Positions 44,422-54,439 of a stretch of 64,000 nt of DNA are shown here, in pieces. Position 1 is the stretch's first letter, and each line of letters opens with the position of its first letter. The DNA lies in the NCBI GenBank assembly GCA_965212625.1, contig OZ243124.1, positions 2,007,898 to 2,071,897 on the forward strand. Direction: 5' to 3'. The translations under genes and the position numbers were made by a program. Below the pieces are notes generated by a model. It saw nothing but the letters and a program-made list of their open reading frames with translations, was not told the DNA's origin and ran no database searches. Source of the stretch: Nitrospirales bacterium. Its GTDB lineage: Bacteria; Nitrospirota; Nitrospiria; Nitrospirales; UBA8639.

Positions 44422-45269
44422 CAGAATGCTCCGCCCTCAACCTTGTTCCCACGTCCACGGGAACCCAGTCCTCGGTCCTGTCCCGCTTCCTGGATTCCCG
44501 CTTTTGCGGGAATGACGGTTGGGTTGGCAGGAGAGGGCTCACTCCTTCTTCCCTCTCCCATGGAGGGAGAGGGCAAGGGTGAGGGGGGAATTTCCCGGAA
44601 CGCGGCAATCGTCGCCGCATAATCGGGTTGAGCAAAAATTGCCGATCCCGCCACCAGCACCGTAGTGCCGGCTCTTCCGTCATCCTGAGCGGCGCGAAGG
44701 ATCGCTGCCGCGTTCTCAAGGTTGACGCCGCCGTCCACCTCAAGAAAGGCCTGACTGCCGGTACGGTTGAGCAGATGTCTCGCACGACGGATTTTGTCGA
44801 ACGAAGACGGAATAAAGGTCTGTCCCCCGAACCCTGGATTGACCGACATAATCAGCACCAGGTCAACATCCGTCACGACTTCTTCGATGGCGTTCAGGGA
44901 CGTGGAGGGGTTGAGCGTCACGCCGGCCTTTACCCCATGTTCTTTGATGGCGTGAATGGTCCGGTGCAAGTGAGGGCAGGCTTCCACGTGTACCGTGAGA
45001 TAATCGGCCCCGGCTTGCGCAAAGTCGGGAATAAATGCGTCCGGATTGGTCATCATGAGATGAACGTCCAGAGGCAGAGCCGTGACTTTCCGCAATGACT
45101 CCACAATGGGCGGGCCGACCGTGAGATTGGGCACAAAATGCCCGTCCATGACGTCCACGTGCAGCCAATCGGCCCCGCCCGCTTCTACCGCGGCCACCTC
45201 CTCCGCCAACCGCGCAAAGTCCGCGGACAGAATCGACGGCGCAATTGTTACGGGTGATGGGGTTGTCAT
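44421..45269 (-). CDS. rpe: Ribulose-phosphate 3-epimerase with a REP-derived ~55-aa C-terminal extension
   Basis: [46 protein letters not shown]. The tail [14 protein letters not shown]...[12 protein letters not shown] is encoded by two REP elements. Its stop overlaps the pheS ATG (TGATG). Confidence 0.85.
   Translation of the reverse strand: MTTPSPVTIAPSILSADFARLAEEVAAVEAGGADWLHVDVMDGHFVPNLTVGPPIVESLRKVTALPLDVHLMMTNPDAFIPDFAQAGADYLTVHVEACPHLHRTIHAIKEHGVKAGVTLNPSTSLNAIEEVVTDVDLVLIMSVNPGFGGQTFIPSSFDKIRRARHLLNRTGSQAFLEVDGGVNLENAAAILRAAQDDGRAGTTVLVAGSAIFAQPDYAATIAAFREIPPSPLPSPSMGEGRRSEPSPANPTVIPAKAGIQEAGQDRGLGSRGRGNKVEGGAF
44490..44590. repeat. Two REP elements (ggattcccgc..gcgggaatgac, and ccctctccc..gggagaggg..ggtgaggg) inside the rpe 3' end
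   Basis: Palindromes visible directly. Coordinates are approximate. Confidence 0.8.
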
Positions 45270-45308
45270 CGGGGGAACATCCTAAGAAAACTCCTTGTTC
45301 CTCATCCT

Positions 45309-46943
45309 TTACGTCCGTCGAAGTCGGGCGGCAAAGAATCCGTCCATGTTATAGGGGGAACCCACGGTCAGGAAATCTCCCGCCGGGTTCGTGAGGGAAC
45401 GAGCCCGTGGAGGAAGCCACGGGGCCGATGGTTCGTGGCAGAAATCCGGATGCTCTCGGCAGAAACGGGAAATGACGTCCGTAGTTTCCTCAGGCTCGGT
45501 TGAGCAGGCACTATAGACTAACACTCCATTGGGTCTCAAGTAACGGGACACCCGTTGCAGGATGGTGAATTGGCGTTCCCCGTGCCGGTCGAGCCATGGT
45601 TCACGCGCCGTCGGATACCCAATCCCTGTCCCTGCACCGTCTTCCGGATTCCCATTCCCCGATAACAAATGCCCGTCTGCCGGGGCACAGGCAGGTCGGG
45701 GACGGATTGCGTATGCATGGCGGTCGGGTTTCTGCCACTTGGCTTCGGGGTGTCGACGCAAGACCCCTAACCCTGAACAGGGCACGTCCGCCAGAATCCG
45801 GTCAAACCCACCCTCCTCCTTCTCCCACCGGGAGAGGGCAAGAGGCCTCCCTTCTTCTTCCCTCTCCCCTGGTGGGAGAGGGCTAGGGTGAGGGGGAAAG
45901 GCAGGGTGACGGGCGTCATGGGAGAGACGGACGGGTTGTGCGCAGGTGATGCCCAGGGTTCGCAGATTCGATTCCAGGCGTTTCAGGCGCCTGGGGTCTG
46001 GGTCGGTGGCGATAATTTCTCCCTGATTCTGCATCAATGCCGCGACGTGTGAGCATTTTCCCCCGGGAGCGGCGCAGGCATCCAACACGCGGTGACCGGG
46101 CCGGACGTCCAGGAGTAACGGCACCAGTTGCGCGGCTTCATCCTCCACGTAACACCATCCCTCCCGGAGCACGGCCAACGGATGCAGCGGCCCGCAATGC
46201 TCCAGGACGAGGCCCTGCGGGCTGATTGCCGTTCGAGAGACCGCGTACCCTTGTTCCCGAAGGGTCGATTCCAGTTGCTCACGAGAACAGCGAAGCGTGT
46301 TCGTTCGCAACGTCAGGGGTGGAACGGTGAGGGTGCGTCGGCACAGTTGTTCGGCCAGTTCACGCCCCCATTGGTCAATCCAGCGTTGCGTCAACCAGTG
46401 AGGGCAGGAGTACGTGACGGACAACCCTTCAACGGGGTCGTGCGCGACGTCAGGCCACTCCACCTCGCGTCGTCGATCCAGATTCCGAAGAATCCCGTTG
46501 ACCATCCCTCGCCAATCCCGGCCTTTCACCCTCCTGGCGAGCGTGACGGATTCATTCACGGCCGCGGAAACCGGGATGCGGTCCAGATACAGCATTTGGT
46601 AGGCCCCAAGACGGAGCACGTTGGCCACGACAAGAGGGAGTCGCTCCATCGGACGACTGGCCACCGCGTTCAACCGCCAATCCAACGTTGCCCGGTGACG
46701 GAGGACCCCATACACCAGTTCAAACGCCAAGGCCTGGTCTTGGGCCGACAACTTCGCGGCCGCGGCGAATCGGGCAAACGCCTCATCCGCAAAGCCACGG
46801 TCGCGTTCCACGGCACCAAGTGTTTGAAGGGCCAACCGCCGAGACGTAGCGGCAGCATCGAATGCTGCCCTGGAAGAGTCTTGCGGATTGCGGATGTTTG
46901 ATCGTGGATGTTTGATTTTCAATCGCCAATCCGCAATCTTCAA
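45309..46943 (-). CDS. rsmB: 16S rRNA (cytosine-C5)-methyltransferase RsmB/Sun with in-frame insertions
   Basis: NusB-like N-domain. VLDACAAPGGK, FDRILADVPCSGLGVLRRHPE, LVYSACS. REP-encoded PHPSPLPPGEREEEGRPLALSRWEKEEGG inserted at 45805-45900. The N-terminal ~25 codons are doubtful. Confidence 0.8.
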   Translation of the reverse strand: MKIADWRLKIKHPRSNIRNPQDSSRAAFDAAATSRRLALQTLGAVERDRGFADEAFARFAAAAKLSAQDQALAFELVYGVLRHRATLDWRLNAVASRPMERLPLVVANVLRLGAYQMLYLDRIPVSAAVNESVTLARRVKGRDWRGMVNGILRNLDRRREVEWPDVAHDPVEGLSVTYSCPHWLTQRWIDQWGRELAEQLCRRTLTVPPLTLRTNTLRCSREQLESTLREQGYAVSRTAISPQGLVLEHCGPLHPLAVLREGWCYVEDEAAQLVPLLLDVRPGHRVLDACAAPGGKCSHVAALMQNQGEIIATDPDPRRLKRLESNLRTLGITCAQPVRLSHDARHPAFPPHPSPLPPGEREEEGRPLALSRWEKEEGGFDRILADVPCSGLGVLRRHPEAKWQKPDRHAYAIRPRPACAPADGHLLSGNGNPEDGAGTGIGYPTAREPWLDRHGERQFTILQRVSRYLRPNGVLVYSACSTEPEETTDVISRFCREHPDFCHEPSAPWLPPRARSLTNPAGDFLTVGSPYNMDGFFAARLRRT

Positions 46944-48022
46944 TCCACGCCTCTGGCGTCAATCAATTGTCTCGCCAGTTTGATCGCTTCCAACAGGCTG
47001 TGGGGGTCGGCCTGACCCGTTCCGACAATATCATACGCGGTACCGTGATCGACGGAAGTCCGAATGATCGGCAGGCCGACCGTCAGGTTCACGCACCGAC
47101 CGAATGCCACGGTTTTGAGCGGGATCAGTCCCTGGTCGTGATACATGGCCACCACGACGTCATACGCTCCGCGAACGGCCGCCCCGAACAACGTATCGGC
47201 CGGCAGGGGACCGGCGGCCTGGACGTTACCGCGTCGGGCCATGCGAACCGCGGGCGCAATGACGTCTTGCTCTTCGTGACCCAAGACTCCGCGTTCGCCT
47301 GCGTGTGGATTGAGCGCGGCGACGCCGATACGCGGACGACCAACCTGGAAATCGTCCTTCACGGCTTGATGAGCGAGTTGAATGGCCGTCAACACGCGCT
47401 GCACCGTCAGGGTCCGGGGAACCTGCCGAAGGGGCAGATGCGTGGTCACAAACAGAATTTTTAACGGCCCACCCACCAACATCATCCCGACCCGTTTCGA
47501 ACCCGTCAGCTCGGCCAGGAGTTCCGTATGCCCGGGGTACGCATACCCGGCAAGGTGGATGGCCTCTTTGTTAATCGGAGCCGTGACCACGGCCGACGCG
47601 CACCCGGCTTGGGCTACCTGCACGGCGGTTTGAATGAAGGCAATGGACGCCGCGCCCGAAGCACGGCCGGCTCGGCCTGCTCGAAATCGACCCAGCGGAG
47701 TGTGCAACGGATCAAGCACCGGAAGATGACCTCGTCTGAAGGTGTGGCGTTCTTTCGCACCATGAGACGGCGCCGGTACAGGACCGTGGTCCCAAGGCAA
47801 GGGCACCACCGTGAGCGAAGAAGAAAGCCGGCGGATTTCGCGTTGGAAAACCGGAACCGACCCGATCACGATGGGCCGACACAGACGCCACACGAGCGGG
47901 GAAGCCAGGGCCTTGACCACGACCTCCGGGCCAATCCCCGCGGGGTCGCCCATGGTCACGGCGAGATACGGTCGGGGTGACGGTGGATTGTTGACGGCGG
48001 ATGGTTGAGTGTGGATTTTCAC
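46940..48022 (-). CDS. pdxA: 4-hydroxythreonine-4-phosphate dehydrogenase
   Basis: TMGDPAGIGPEV, YPGHTELLAELTG, LNPHAGE, MYHDQGLIPLK. Confidence 0.85.
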   Translation of the reverse strand: MKIHTQPSAVNNPPSPRPYLAVTMGDPAGIGPEVVVKALASPLVWRLCRPIVIGSVPVFQREIRRLSSSLTVVPLPWDHGPVPAPSHGAKERHTFRRGHLPVLDPLHTPLGRFRAGRAGRASGAASIAFIQTAVQVAQAGCASAVVTAPINKEAIHLAGYAYPGHTELLAELTGSKRVGMMLVGGPLKILFVTTHLPLRQVPRTLTVQRVLTAIQLAHQAVKDDFQVGRPRIGVAALNPHAGERGVLGHEEQDVIAPAVRMARRGNVQAAGPLPADTLFGAAVRGAYDVVVAMYHDQGLIPLKTVAFGRCVNLTVGLPIIRTSVDHGTAYDIVGTGQADPHSLLEAIKLARQLIDARGVD

Positions 48023-48032
48023 TCGGCCATTC

Positions 48033-49262
48033 TCACTCTGCCATTTTCTTCTTCACCATGTCGATCACGTCTTGAACGGGAAGGCCGGTCTTCCGGGCAA
48101 GGGTCTGGCAGTCTTGAAATTCCGGTCGATACGTGACGGTCTTCCCCACGTGAACGATTTTCACGCGCACCCGGCCTTGGGGGAGACGGATCGTTTTCAT
48201 GGAACGCGGCAACGTCACGCGGTTGATGAACTGGTGACGCACCCCAAGCGTCGTGGTTTCCCGAAACAGCGTCTGAGTCAGGACCCCGGCCCGCTCGGGA
48301 GGGGCCAGCACCGTCAGGAGAATCCCGGGGCGAGACCGCTTCATCATGGTCGAGGTCAAGGTGACGTCAAGGGCACCGTTCTCAAACAGCTGCGTCATGA
48401 CTGATTCATACAGTTGAGGATTCAGGTCGTCGATCGTGGTTTCTAATTGGATCACCCGGTCGGCCTCAAGCGACTCCGTTGACCCTTCGAAGCTCAGGGC
48501 AAGCCCTTCGAAATTCGGGGCAAGCCCTTCGAAGTTCGGGGCGGGCGTTGAAGATGACAGAACCACGCGCAACACGTTCGGCCAGTCGGGCGGATCGGCT
48601 GTGCCTGCGCCGTACCCGATGGAACGGGGAACGACGGGCGGCAGGTGGCTGCACGGCCGAGTCAGCGTGGTCAACAGGGCCATTCCGGTGGGGGTCGTGA
48701 ATTCCATCGCCGGCCCTCGAGCATAGATGGAAAACCCTTTGGCTAACTCGGTGACCGCGGGACCAGGGACCGGGAACGTGCCGTGGGCCCCGTGGACCGT
48801 TCCGGACCCCACGTTGACGGGCGTGGCCCCGAACGTCTGAATCCCGAGTTCATGACAGCCCAACAGGCTCCCCACAATATCCACCAGGGAATCGATCACG
48901 CCGACTTCATGGAAACGGACGGTGGCACGGTCTCGTCCATGCACGGTGCCTTCGGCTTGGGCGAGCCGCTCGAAGACCGAAAGCGCCTGGGTTTTCACCC
49001 AGGGCGGCAACCGGCTCGTCGAAAGAAGTCGTCGGATTTGCGGCCAGGAAAGAGGAGCGGCACGGCCTTTGGCAATGACGACGTTCACTTTCGTCGCATG
49101 AATCCCGCCGCGGTGGACCTTTGAGACGGTGAGACGATAGCCGGAGACCGGCAGCGCCTTGAGGCCCTTGCGCAGCTTGTGCGGAGACAGCCCCGCGTCA
49201 ATCAGGGCTCCCAACGTCATGTCCCCGCTGATGCCCGAGAAACAATCGAAGTGCAGATACAT
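48033..49262 (-). CDS. larC: Nickel-pincer cofactor biosynthesis protein LarC (DUF111)
   Basis: MYLHFDCFSGISGDMTLGALIDAG. Contains the in-frame repeat-encoded PNFEGLAPNFEGLALSFEG (48483-48542). Confidence 0.8.
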   Translation of the reverse strand: MYLHFDCFSGISGDMTLGALIDAGLSPHKLRKGLKALPVSGYRLTVSKVHRGGIHATKVNVVIAKGRAAPLSWPQIRRLLSTSRLPPWVKTQALSVFERLAQAEGTVHGRDRATVRFHEVGVIDSLVDIVGSLLGCHELGIQTFGATPVNVGSGTVHGAHGTFPVPGPAVTELAKGFSIYARGPAMEFTTPTGMALLTTLTRPCSHLPPVVPRSIGYGAGTADPPDWPNVLRVVLSSSTPAPNFEGLAPNFEGLALSFEGSTESLEADRVIQLETTIDDLNPQLYESVMTQLFENGALDVTLTSTMMKRSRPGILLTVLAPPERAGVLTQTLFRETTTLGVRHQFINRVTLPRSMKTIRLPQGRVRVKIVHVGKTVTYRPEFQDCQTLARKTGLPVQDVIDMVKKKMAE

Positions 49263-49339
49263 GGTTGTGCTGATTGTTGATTGTGAATTGCTGATGGGAG
49301 ATTGACAAGTCGGAAGTCCACAATCCACAATCCGCAATC

Positions 49340-49888
49340 ATGAGTCAAGCCTTCATCAGCCTCGTCACGCTTCTGGCCTTGTTGAGCACGCCGGCGGCTC
49401 TGGAAGCCAAACGAAAAAAGCCACCCCCGCCGCCGCTTCAAATCGTCGACGTCACCACCTCGCCGGAGCCCTTTACCCCCGGGAACCATTCCATGTCCAT
49501 GACCGTGGAGGTCGAGTTGCCCGAGGACCTCAGCGACGTCGAGGTCCTGGAGGTGTCTTCCCTGATTAGTAGTCCGTCCAAGCGCGTCATCCGCTTTTTA
49601 TTCAGCCGACAACGACTGGATCACGTGATCATGGAACGTGGAAAGCCTCGCATGAGGGCCACCCTGCTCTGGGATGGGAAGGATCAGTTCCGGCGGTATA
49701 TGACTGAGGGGACCTATGCCTACGAAGTCCGAGCCAAATTGATGGCCGATGAGAACGGATTTATGAAGGCCAAAATGGTCTCGCGGCGCGCGCGCGGCAC
49801 GGTGGAAGTGGCGTGGCCTCAACAACGCACCAACGCTGCACGGGACGGGCAACCCGTGACGACGGGGTTCACGTGGCCAGGGTATTGA
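49340..49888 (+). CDS. Hypothetical exported protein
   Basis: Signal-peptide-like MSQAFISLVTLLALLSTPAALEA. No family recognised. The 3' end overlaps larB convergently by 20 nt. Confidence 0.4.
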   Translation: MSQAFISLVTLLALLSTPAALEAKRKKPPPPPLQIVDVTTSPEPFTPGNHSMSMTVEVELPEDLSDVEVLEVSSLISSPSKRVIRFLFSRQRLDHVIMERGKPRMRATLLWDGKDQFRRYMTEGTYAYEVRAKLMADENGFMKAKMVSRRARGTVEVAWPQQRTNAARDGQPVTTGFTWPGY

Positions 49889-50633
49889 TGCGATGCGCCA
49901 GATGCCCGGCGCCAAAGCCGTTGTCGATATTCACCACTCCGATTCCCGCGGAACACGCGTTCAGCATCGTGAGTAACGGCGCCAACCCCCCGAAATGCGC
50001 ACCGTAACCCCGGCTGGTGGGCACGGCAATGACGGGAGTCGGGATCAGCCCGCCCACCACGGTCGGTAAGACCCCGTCCATCCCCGCGACGACGATCACC
50101 ACGCGGGCTTGTCTCAGGCGATCAAGCTGATCGAACAAGCGATGGATTCCGGCCACGCCCACGTCGAACAGCGTGTCCACGGCACTGCCCAGCGTCACGG
50201 CGGTCACTTTGGCCTCTTCCGCCACCGGAACGTCGGCCGTGCCGGCCGTGACCACGACGATATCGCCTTGCAGGGGCTTGGGGGGCGTTGACGGAATCAC
50301 GACGATGCGTGCCTCTCGATGATACACGGCTTTTCGACGCAACCGTTTGAGTGCGCGAGCCACGTGGTCATCGACCCTCGTGGCGAGAACCGGAACCTTG
50401 TGTTTCAGTAATCCCCGGGCGATCTGCAGGATTTGCGCCTCGGTCTTGCCTTCGCAGAAAATCGCCTCCGGTGCGCCGTGGCGGAGCGCGCGATGGTGGT
50501 CCACCTTGGCAAATCCCAGATCGGCATAGGGAAGGGTGCGCAGGCGGTGAAGCGCGTGCTCAACCGACACCGCCCCGTTTTGCACCGACAAGAGAAGATC
50601 GTGAAGAACCGAGGGGTCCATACTCTCCTTCAC
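49869..50633 (-). CDS. larB: LarB (PurE-like nicotinic acid mononucleotide carboxylase/hydrolase)
   Basis: DLGFAKVDHHRALRHGAPEAIFCEGKT, VVTAGTADVPVAEEA, DVGVAGIHRL, VVAGMDGVLP. Confidence 0.8.
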   Translation of the reverse strand: MKESMDPSVLHDLLLSVQNGAVSVEHALHRLRTLPYADLGFAKVDHHRALRHGAPEAIFCEGKTEAQILQIARGLLKHKVPVLATRVDDHVARALKRLRRKAVYHREARIVVIPSTPPKPLQGDIVVVTAGTADVPVAEEAKVTAVTLGSAVDTLFDVGVAGIHRLFDQLDRLRQARVVIVVAGMDGVLPTVVGGLIPTPVIAVPTSRGYGAHFGGLAPLLTMLNACSAGIGVVNIDNGFGAGHLAHRINTLAT

Positions 50634-51685
50634 CCTCCCCCTTGATTTACCCTTTCTTCCTTGGCCGAACGGGTCATCAATTCAGCGACCGCGTGAGTTG
50701 CCGACTGCCCCTCGAACAGGATCGCGTACACGCATTGGACAATCGGCATCTCCACTTGCAACCGTTGAGCCAAAGCCATGGCAGCCTTGGTGGTCCGGAC
50801 GCCTTCGGCCACCGTCACGGTCTTTTTCAGAATATCCTCCGGCCGTCGGCCGCGAGCCACCTCCACTCCCACGGCATGATTCCGACTCAAGCACCCCGTG
50901 CCGGTGAGGACCAGATCACCTAAGCCCGACAGGCCGTAGAACGTATGGACGTCGGCACCGGCCGCGACGCCGAGCCGAATCACCTCAGCCAAGCCGCGGG
51001 TCATCAGCGCAGCCCGGGCGTTCAGGCCCAACTCCAACCCATCCACCACACCCGCGGCAATGGCCATCACGTTCTTCAGCGCCCCGCCCAATTGCGCCCC
51101 AATGAGATCGGTTCCGGTGTAGACGCGGAAAGACGCAGACATGAACACCCGTTGGAGATGAGCCGTGATCCCCGCGTCACGACCGGCCAACAACACCGTC
51201 GTCGGCTTGTATCGACACACTTCCGCCGCAAAGCTTGGCCCCGTGAGCACGGTCACGCCCGGAGCCCAGGCCGCGGGCAGGAGTTCGTCAAGAACCTGAG
51301 ACATTAGATACAGCGACTCTTCCTCAATGCCCTTGGAGGCCACGACAACCGGCATCGGGTCGGCAAGCGAGGGCCTCAACGCCTGGACCACCGATCTCAT
51401 GGCATGAGACGGCACGGCCAGTACGATCACATCAACGCCAGCGACCGCTTCCTCAAAAGAATGAGTAGCGGAGAGACCCGTCGGCAGCGTGACTCCTGGC
51501 AGAAACACGGAATTTTCCCGGCGGCGATTGATGTGGTCGACGACGTCTTGCTCATACGTCCAAAGCGTAACCCTCAGCCCCTGATTCACCAAATGCCGAG
51601 CCAGCGTCGTGCCCCAGGCCCCGGCCCCAATAACCGACGCAGCATGAATGGCAGGGTAAGCAGTTGTCATCACGTTCGCAAACAT
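50630..51685 (-). CDS. gpsA: NAD(P)H-dependent glycerol-3-phosphate dehydrogenase
   Basis: VIGAGAWGTTLA, GPSFAAEV, LKNVMAIAAG, GDLVLTGTG..SRN. Confidence 0.85.
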   Translation of the reverse strand: MFANVMTTAYPAIHAASVIGAGAWGTTLARHLVNQGLRVTLWTYEQDVVDHINRRRENSVFLPGVTLPTGLSATHSFEEAVAGVDVIVLAVPSHAMRSVVQALRPSLADPMPVVVASKGIEEESLYLMSQVLDELLPAAWAPGVTVLTGPSFAAEVCRYKPTTVLLAGRDAGITAHLQRVFMSASFRVYTGTDLIGAQLGGALKNVMAIAAGVVDGLELGLNARAALMTRGLAEVIRLGVAAGADVHTFYGLSGLGDLVLTGTGCLSRNHAVGVEVARGRRPEDILKKTVTVAEGVRTTKAAMALAQRLQVEMPIVQCVYAILFEGQSATHAVAELMTRSAKEERVNQGGG

Positions 51686-52018
51686 TGCCCAGAAAAACGG
51701 GTGCGGGATTATAAAAACGCCGTTCCAGAACTGTCAATTTTCAATGCTCGCCAACCTCTTCCCTTTCCCAATTCCTCCCTCTCCCCCCTGCGGGAGAGGG
51801 CCGGGGTGAGGGGGAGGGTGCCGTTCCAAGTGCAATTTGAAGCAGTCTGTCCGCCTGCCTTCGTCGTGGGCGCAGACAATCTTCCAAGATGTGCTGGACT
51901 CACGCTTCACACTTCCCACTTCAATCAGTTGTCCTAGCCCCGCCTATTCCCATGTGCTAGACTCGCAAGATTTTCACCAAGGCGGCTATTTCCGGGACAT
52001 CACGTCAGGAGTACCAGA

Positions 52019-52558
52019 ATGTTTGAATTCCTCACACCGTTCACTGCGTTTTCTGCGCTGATTCTCAGCTTTTATAATTGGACACAGGCGCGTCGCCGGA
52101 AACGGCGAAAACTTGTCAACACTATCTATTACCATACGAAGTACGCCATAGAAGCTCTCCAGTACCAGCAGAAAAAGAATCACTTGATTCAAGAAAAAAT
52201 CAAGAGCAACAATTCCTACACGCCTTATGCAGCACATTCATCTGCAGATGATCTTACGTATGAGCATGTTATCGATGTGATGGAATGGCTGGATGAAGAT
52301 GGAGAAAAGGCCGTGTCGTCCTATTTTTATACCCAGATGGTGCTTAGCGCGCTTGGGCAAAGTTTCGACAAGGAGTTTGTGAGAGGCTGGACGCCGGATA
52401 GAAAACTGGAATTATGGAAGGTGTGTGAAAAATATCAGAAGGAAACACTCAAATATGCAAAAGAAGCGATGAAAGTTCTGGAGGCACATCGCTTCCTCAA
52501 ACGAGCGAACAGGGGAAAGACCAACCCGTCCCCGGACCGGAATAGCTTCAAGGTGTGA
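52019..52558 (+). CDS. Hypothetical membrane-anchored protein in an AT-rich islet
   Basis: 179 aa with one N-terminal TM helix followed by a basic stretch. Strongly lower GC than the flanks. No family recognised. Confidence 0.4.
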   Translation: MFEFLTPFTAFSALILSFYNWTQARRRKRRKLVNTIYYHTKYAIEALQYQQKKNHLIQEKIKSNNSYTPYAAHSSADDLTYEHVIDVMEWLDEDGEKAVSSYFYTQMVLSALGQSFDKEFVRGWTPDRKLELWKVCEKYQKETLKYAKEAMKVLEAHRFLKRANRGKTNPSPDRNSFKV

Positions 52559-52745
52559 TGCCTACACAATAGGCCCGGTACCTGGACCACAATATGTCAT
52601 TATGTCTTTGTCCATGACGTGCCTGAGGAGAAATCGTGAATCAAACTGATAGTCCGGTCCTTTCTGTTTTTTGCAGAATGCAACGCTAACCCGCTTTTTC
52701 TCCAGTTGTCAAGGAGTTATCTGGTTCTCATCTGACGTGTCCGTG

Positions 52746-53096
52746 ATGAATGATCCCAAGACGTGTCGGGCTTGCGGGCGGGCCGTGCCTTCGGCGGCTC
52801 GTTTTTGTCCCGATTGCGGGAAGCAGGGTTTTCAGGAGCCGCGAGGGGCGTCTCGGTCACGGGAAATTCTCAATCTTCGGATTTTGTACGTCATGGTGGG
52901 GGCGTTGATTGCGGCGGTGCTGTTTCCGCCGTGGGAATCACCGCCCGGTGACCCTCCCGCCTACTTGGGGATGCACTTTCTCCTGTCTCCTCCGCAGCCC
53001 GAGGCCGTGGTGAGTCGAGTCCTCCAGACCGTGGAGTTGGTCACCCTGGCCATCGCCGGCCTGTACTTGGCTTGGTGGTTTCGAGAAAAGCCATAG
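52746..53096 (+). CDS. Zinc-ribbon membrane protein
   Basis: CRACGRAVPSAARFCPDCG followed by two hydrophobic helices. Confidence 0.5.
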   Translation: MNDPKTCRACGRAVPSAARFCPDCGKQGFQEPRGASRSREILNLRILYVMVGALIAAVLFPPWESPPGDPPAYLGMHFLLSPPQPEAVVSRVLQTVELVTLAIAGLYLAWWFREKP

Positions 53097-53113
53097 GATC
53101 GTTCGCGCTGACC

Positions 53114-54373
53114 CTATAACGTCATCGTTGGAAAGGTCGGGACGTCGGATTCCGTGACGTTGGTGAGTTTGAGTGCCCAGGCGTAGAATTGAGCGAAGCG
53201 GTCGGCTTTCGAGGTCTGAAACCCGTGACCCAGGACGCTGTGATGCGCCGCGTCCCAAAGGGTTTTCATCTTCGGCCATTCATGCAGAAAGGTTTCCCCC
53301 ATGGGGTGTCCCAGCCCGGCCAGGGTGCGCAATTGTGCGTAGAGCGGCAGGTGGAATTTCCCGTCAACCTCGTTGGTATAACACGCACGACAGGGTTCCT
53401 GTAACTCTGGCGGTAATTGTTCTACCCGCACGTCCCAGCTTTTGATTTGATAACGATTCCACAATTGGTGCTGGGCATACGCTTCCAGGGCTCGAAGCAA
53501 CAGGTGGAGGGCCAGGTCCACGTGACGGTTGCGTTCTCCGCGTCGTTTGGCGTGGGCAAGTAAATCGTGCGCTACGGAGAGCTTGGCGTCATTGGGGTCC
53601 GTGACGAGGCGTTCCAGGAACGTCAGGTTGCGTTTGACGCTGCCGAGCAAGGACGCCATCCCGGGTGGACTTCCCCAGACTGAGGCTAACTCCAGGGCTT
53701 TGAGCGCGGTTTTGAGTTTGTCCCAGGCCCCGCGATAATGAAAACCTTCCCAGGAGGCGTACCCCTCGGCCAGATCCGCGAGCGCGTGATAGAAGGGTTT
53801 CTGATTTCCACTGACCAACGATTCCATGCGCCGAAACTGTTTGGCCGCCACGGAGAATTCACCGTGGGTAAACGACAGAGCGGCGTCTCGTCGTGCAGAG
53901 ACGGCTTCTTCATTCCAGGGGTTACCGTCTTCCCACACGAAGGTCCGTCCTTCGAACTCAACCAGGTCCCGTTTCGACGTCCCCGTGCCCGGGGTGGTCA
54001 CGTGAACGATCCGCGAGGTCCATGGTCGGCCGGCAAGAGCCATGGCCGCGGCCACGGCCGGATCGGCGCTGCTGAAATCGACCACCAAGTCTCCGGGTTG
54101 TATGCCCCAGGTCGTCAACGTGTCGTGCAGGCGTTGGGTGACGGTCTGATGAGCGGTGGTAAAACTTCCGGAATCATCCGTCAGAATCCAATCCCAACGT
54201 TGCGGCATTGTGGTGATCGTCGGTTGAACGTCTGATTCGATGAAGCCTTTCTGCGATTCGGATACCACGAAACAGAGAAACTCGGGAATGAGGCGATTGA
54301 TGCAGGCTTGCACGGGTCGGAGATCCGCCGAGACGGCGATGAGTAAGGCTTTGGTCCGATAGTCCGCGTGCAT
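53114..54373 (-). CDS. CARF-domain protein of the TIGR02710 (Cas02710) type, orphan
   Basis: N-terminal Rossmann-like KALLIAVSADLRP...FLCFVVSESQ. C-terminus DLLAHAKRRGERNRHVDLALHLLLRALEAYAQHQL and HHSVLGHGF, where the family usually has RNxSxLAHG. Confidence 0.55.
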   Translation of the reverse strand: MHADYRTKALLIAVSADLRPVQACINRLIPEFLCFVVSESQKGFIESDVQPTITTMPQRWDWILTDDSGSFTTAHQTVTQRLHDTLTTWGIQPGDLVVDFSSADPAVAAAMALAGRPWTSRIVHVTTPGTGTSKRDLVEFEGRTFVWEDGNPWNEEAVSARRDAALSFTHGEFSVAAKQFRRMESLVSGNQKPFYHALADLAEGYASWEGFHYRGAWDKLKTALKALELASVWGSPPGMASLLGSVKRNLTFLERLVTDPNDAKLSVAHDLLAHAKRRGERNRHVDLALHLLLRALEAYAQHQLWNRYQIKSWDVRVEQLPPELQEPCRACYTNEVDGKFHLPLYAQLRTLAGLGHPMGETFLHEWPKMKTLWDAAHHSVLGHGFQTSKADRFAQFYAWALKLTNVTESDVPTFPTMTL

Positions 54374-54439
54374 CGTGACGGGACTATACCATTGCCCCGG
54401 GCGAACGCCAAGCGTCGGGTGACGTTGACGTCTGCTCCT

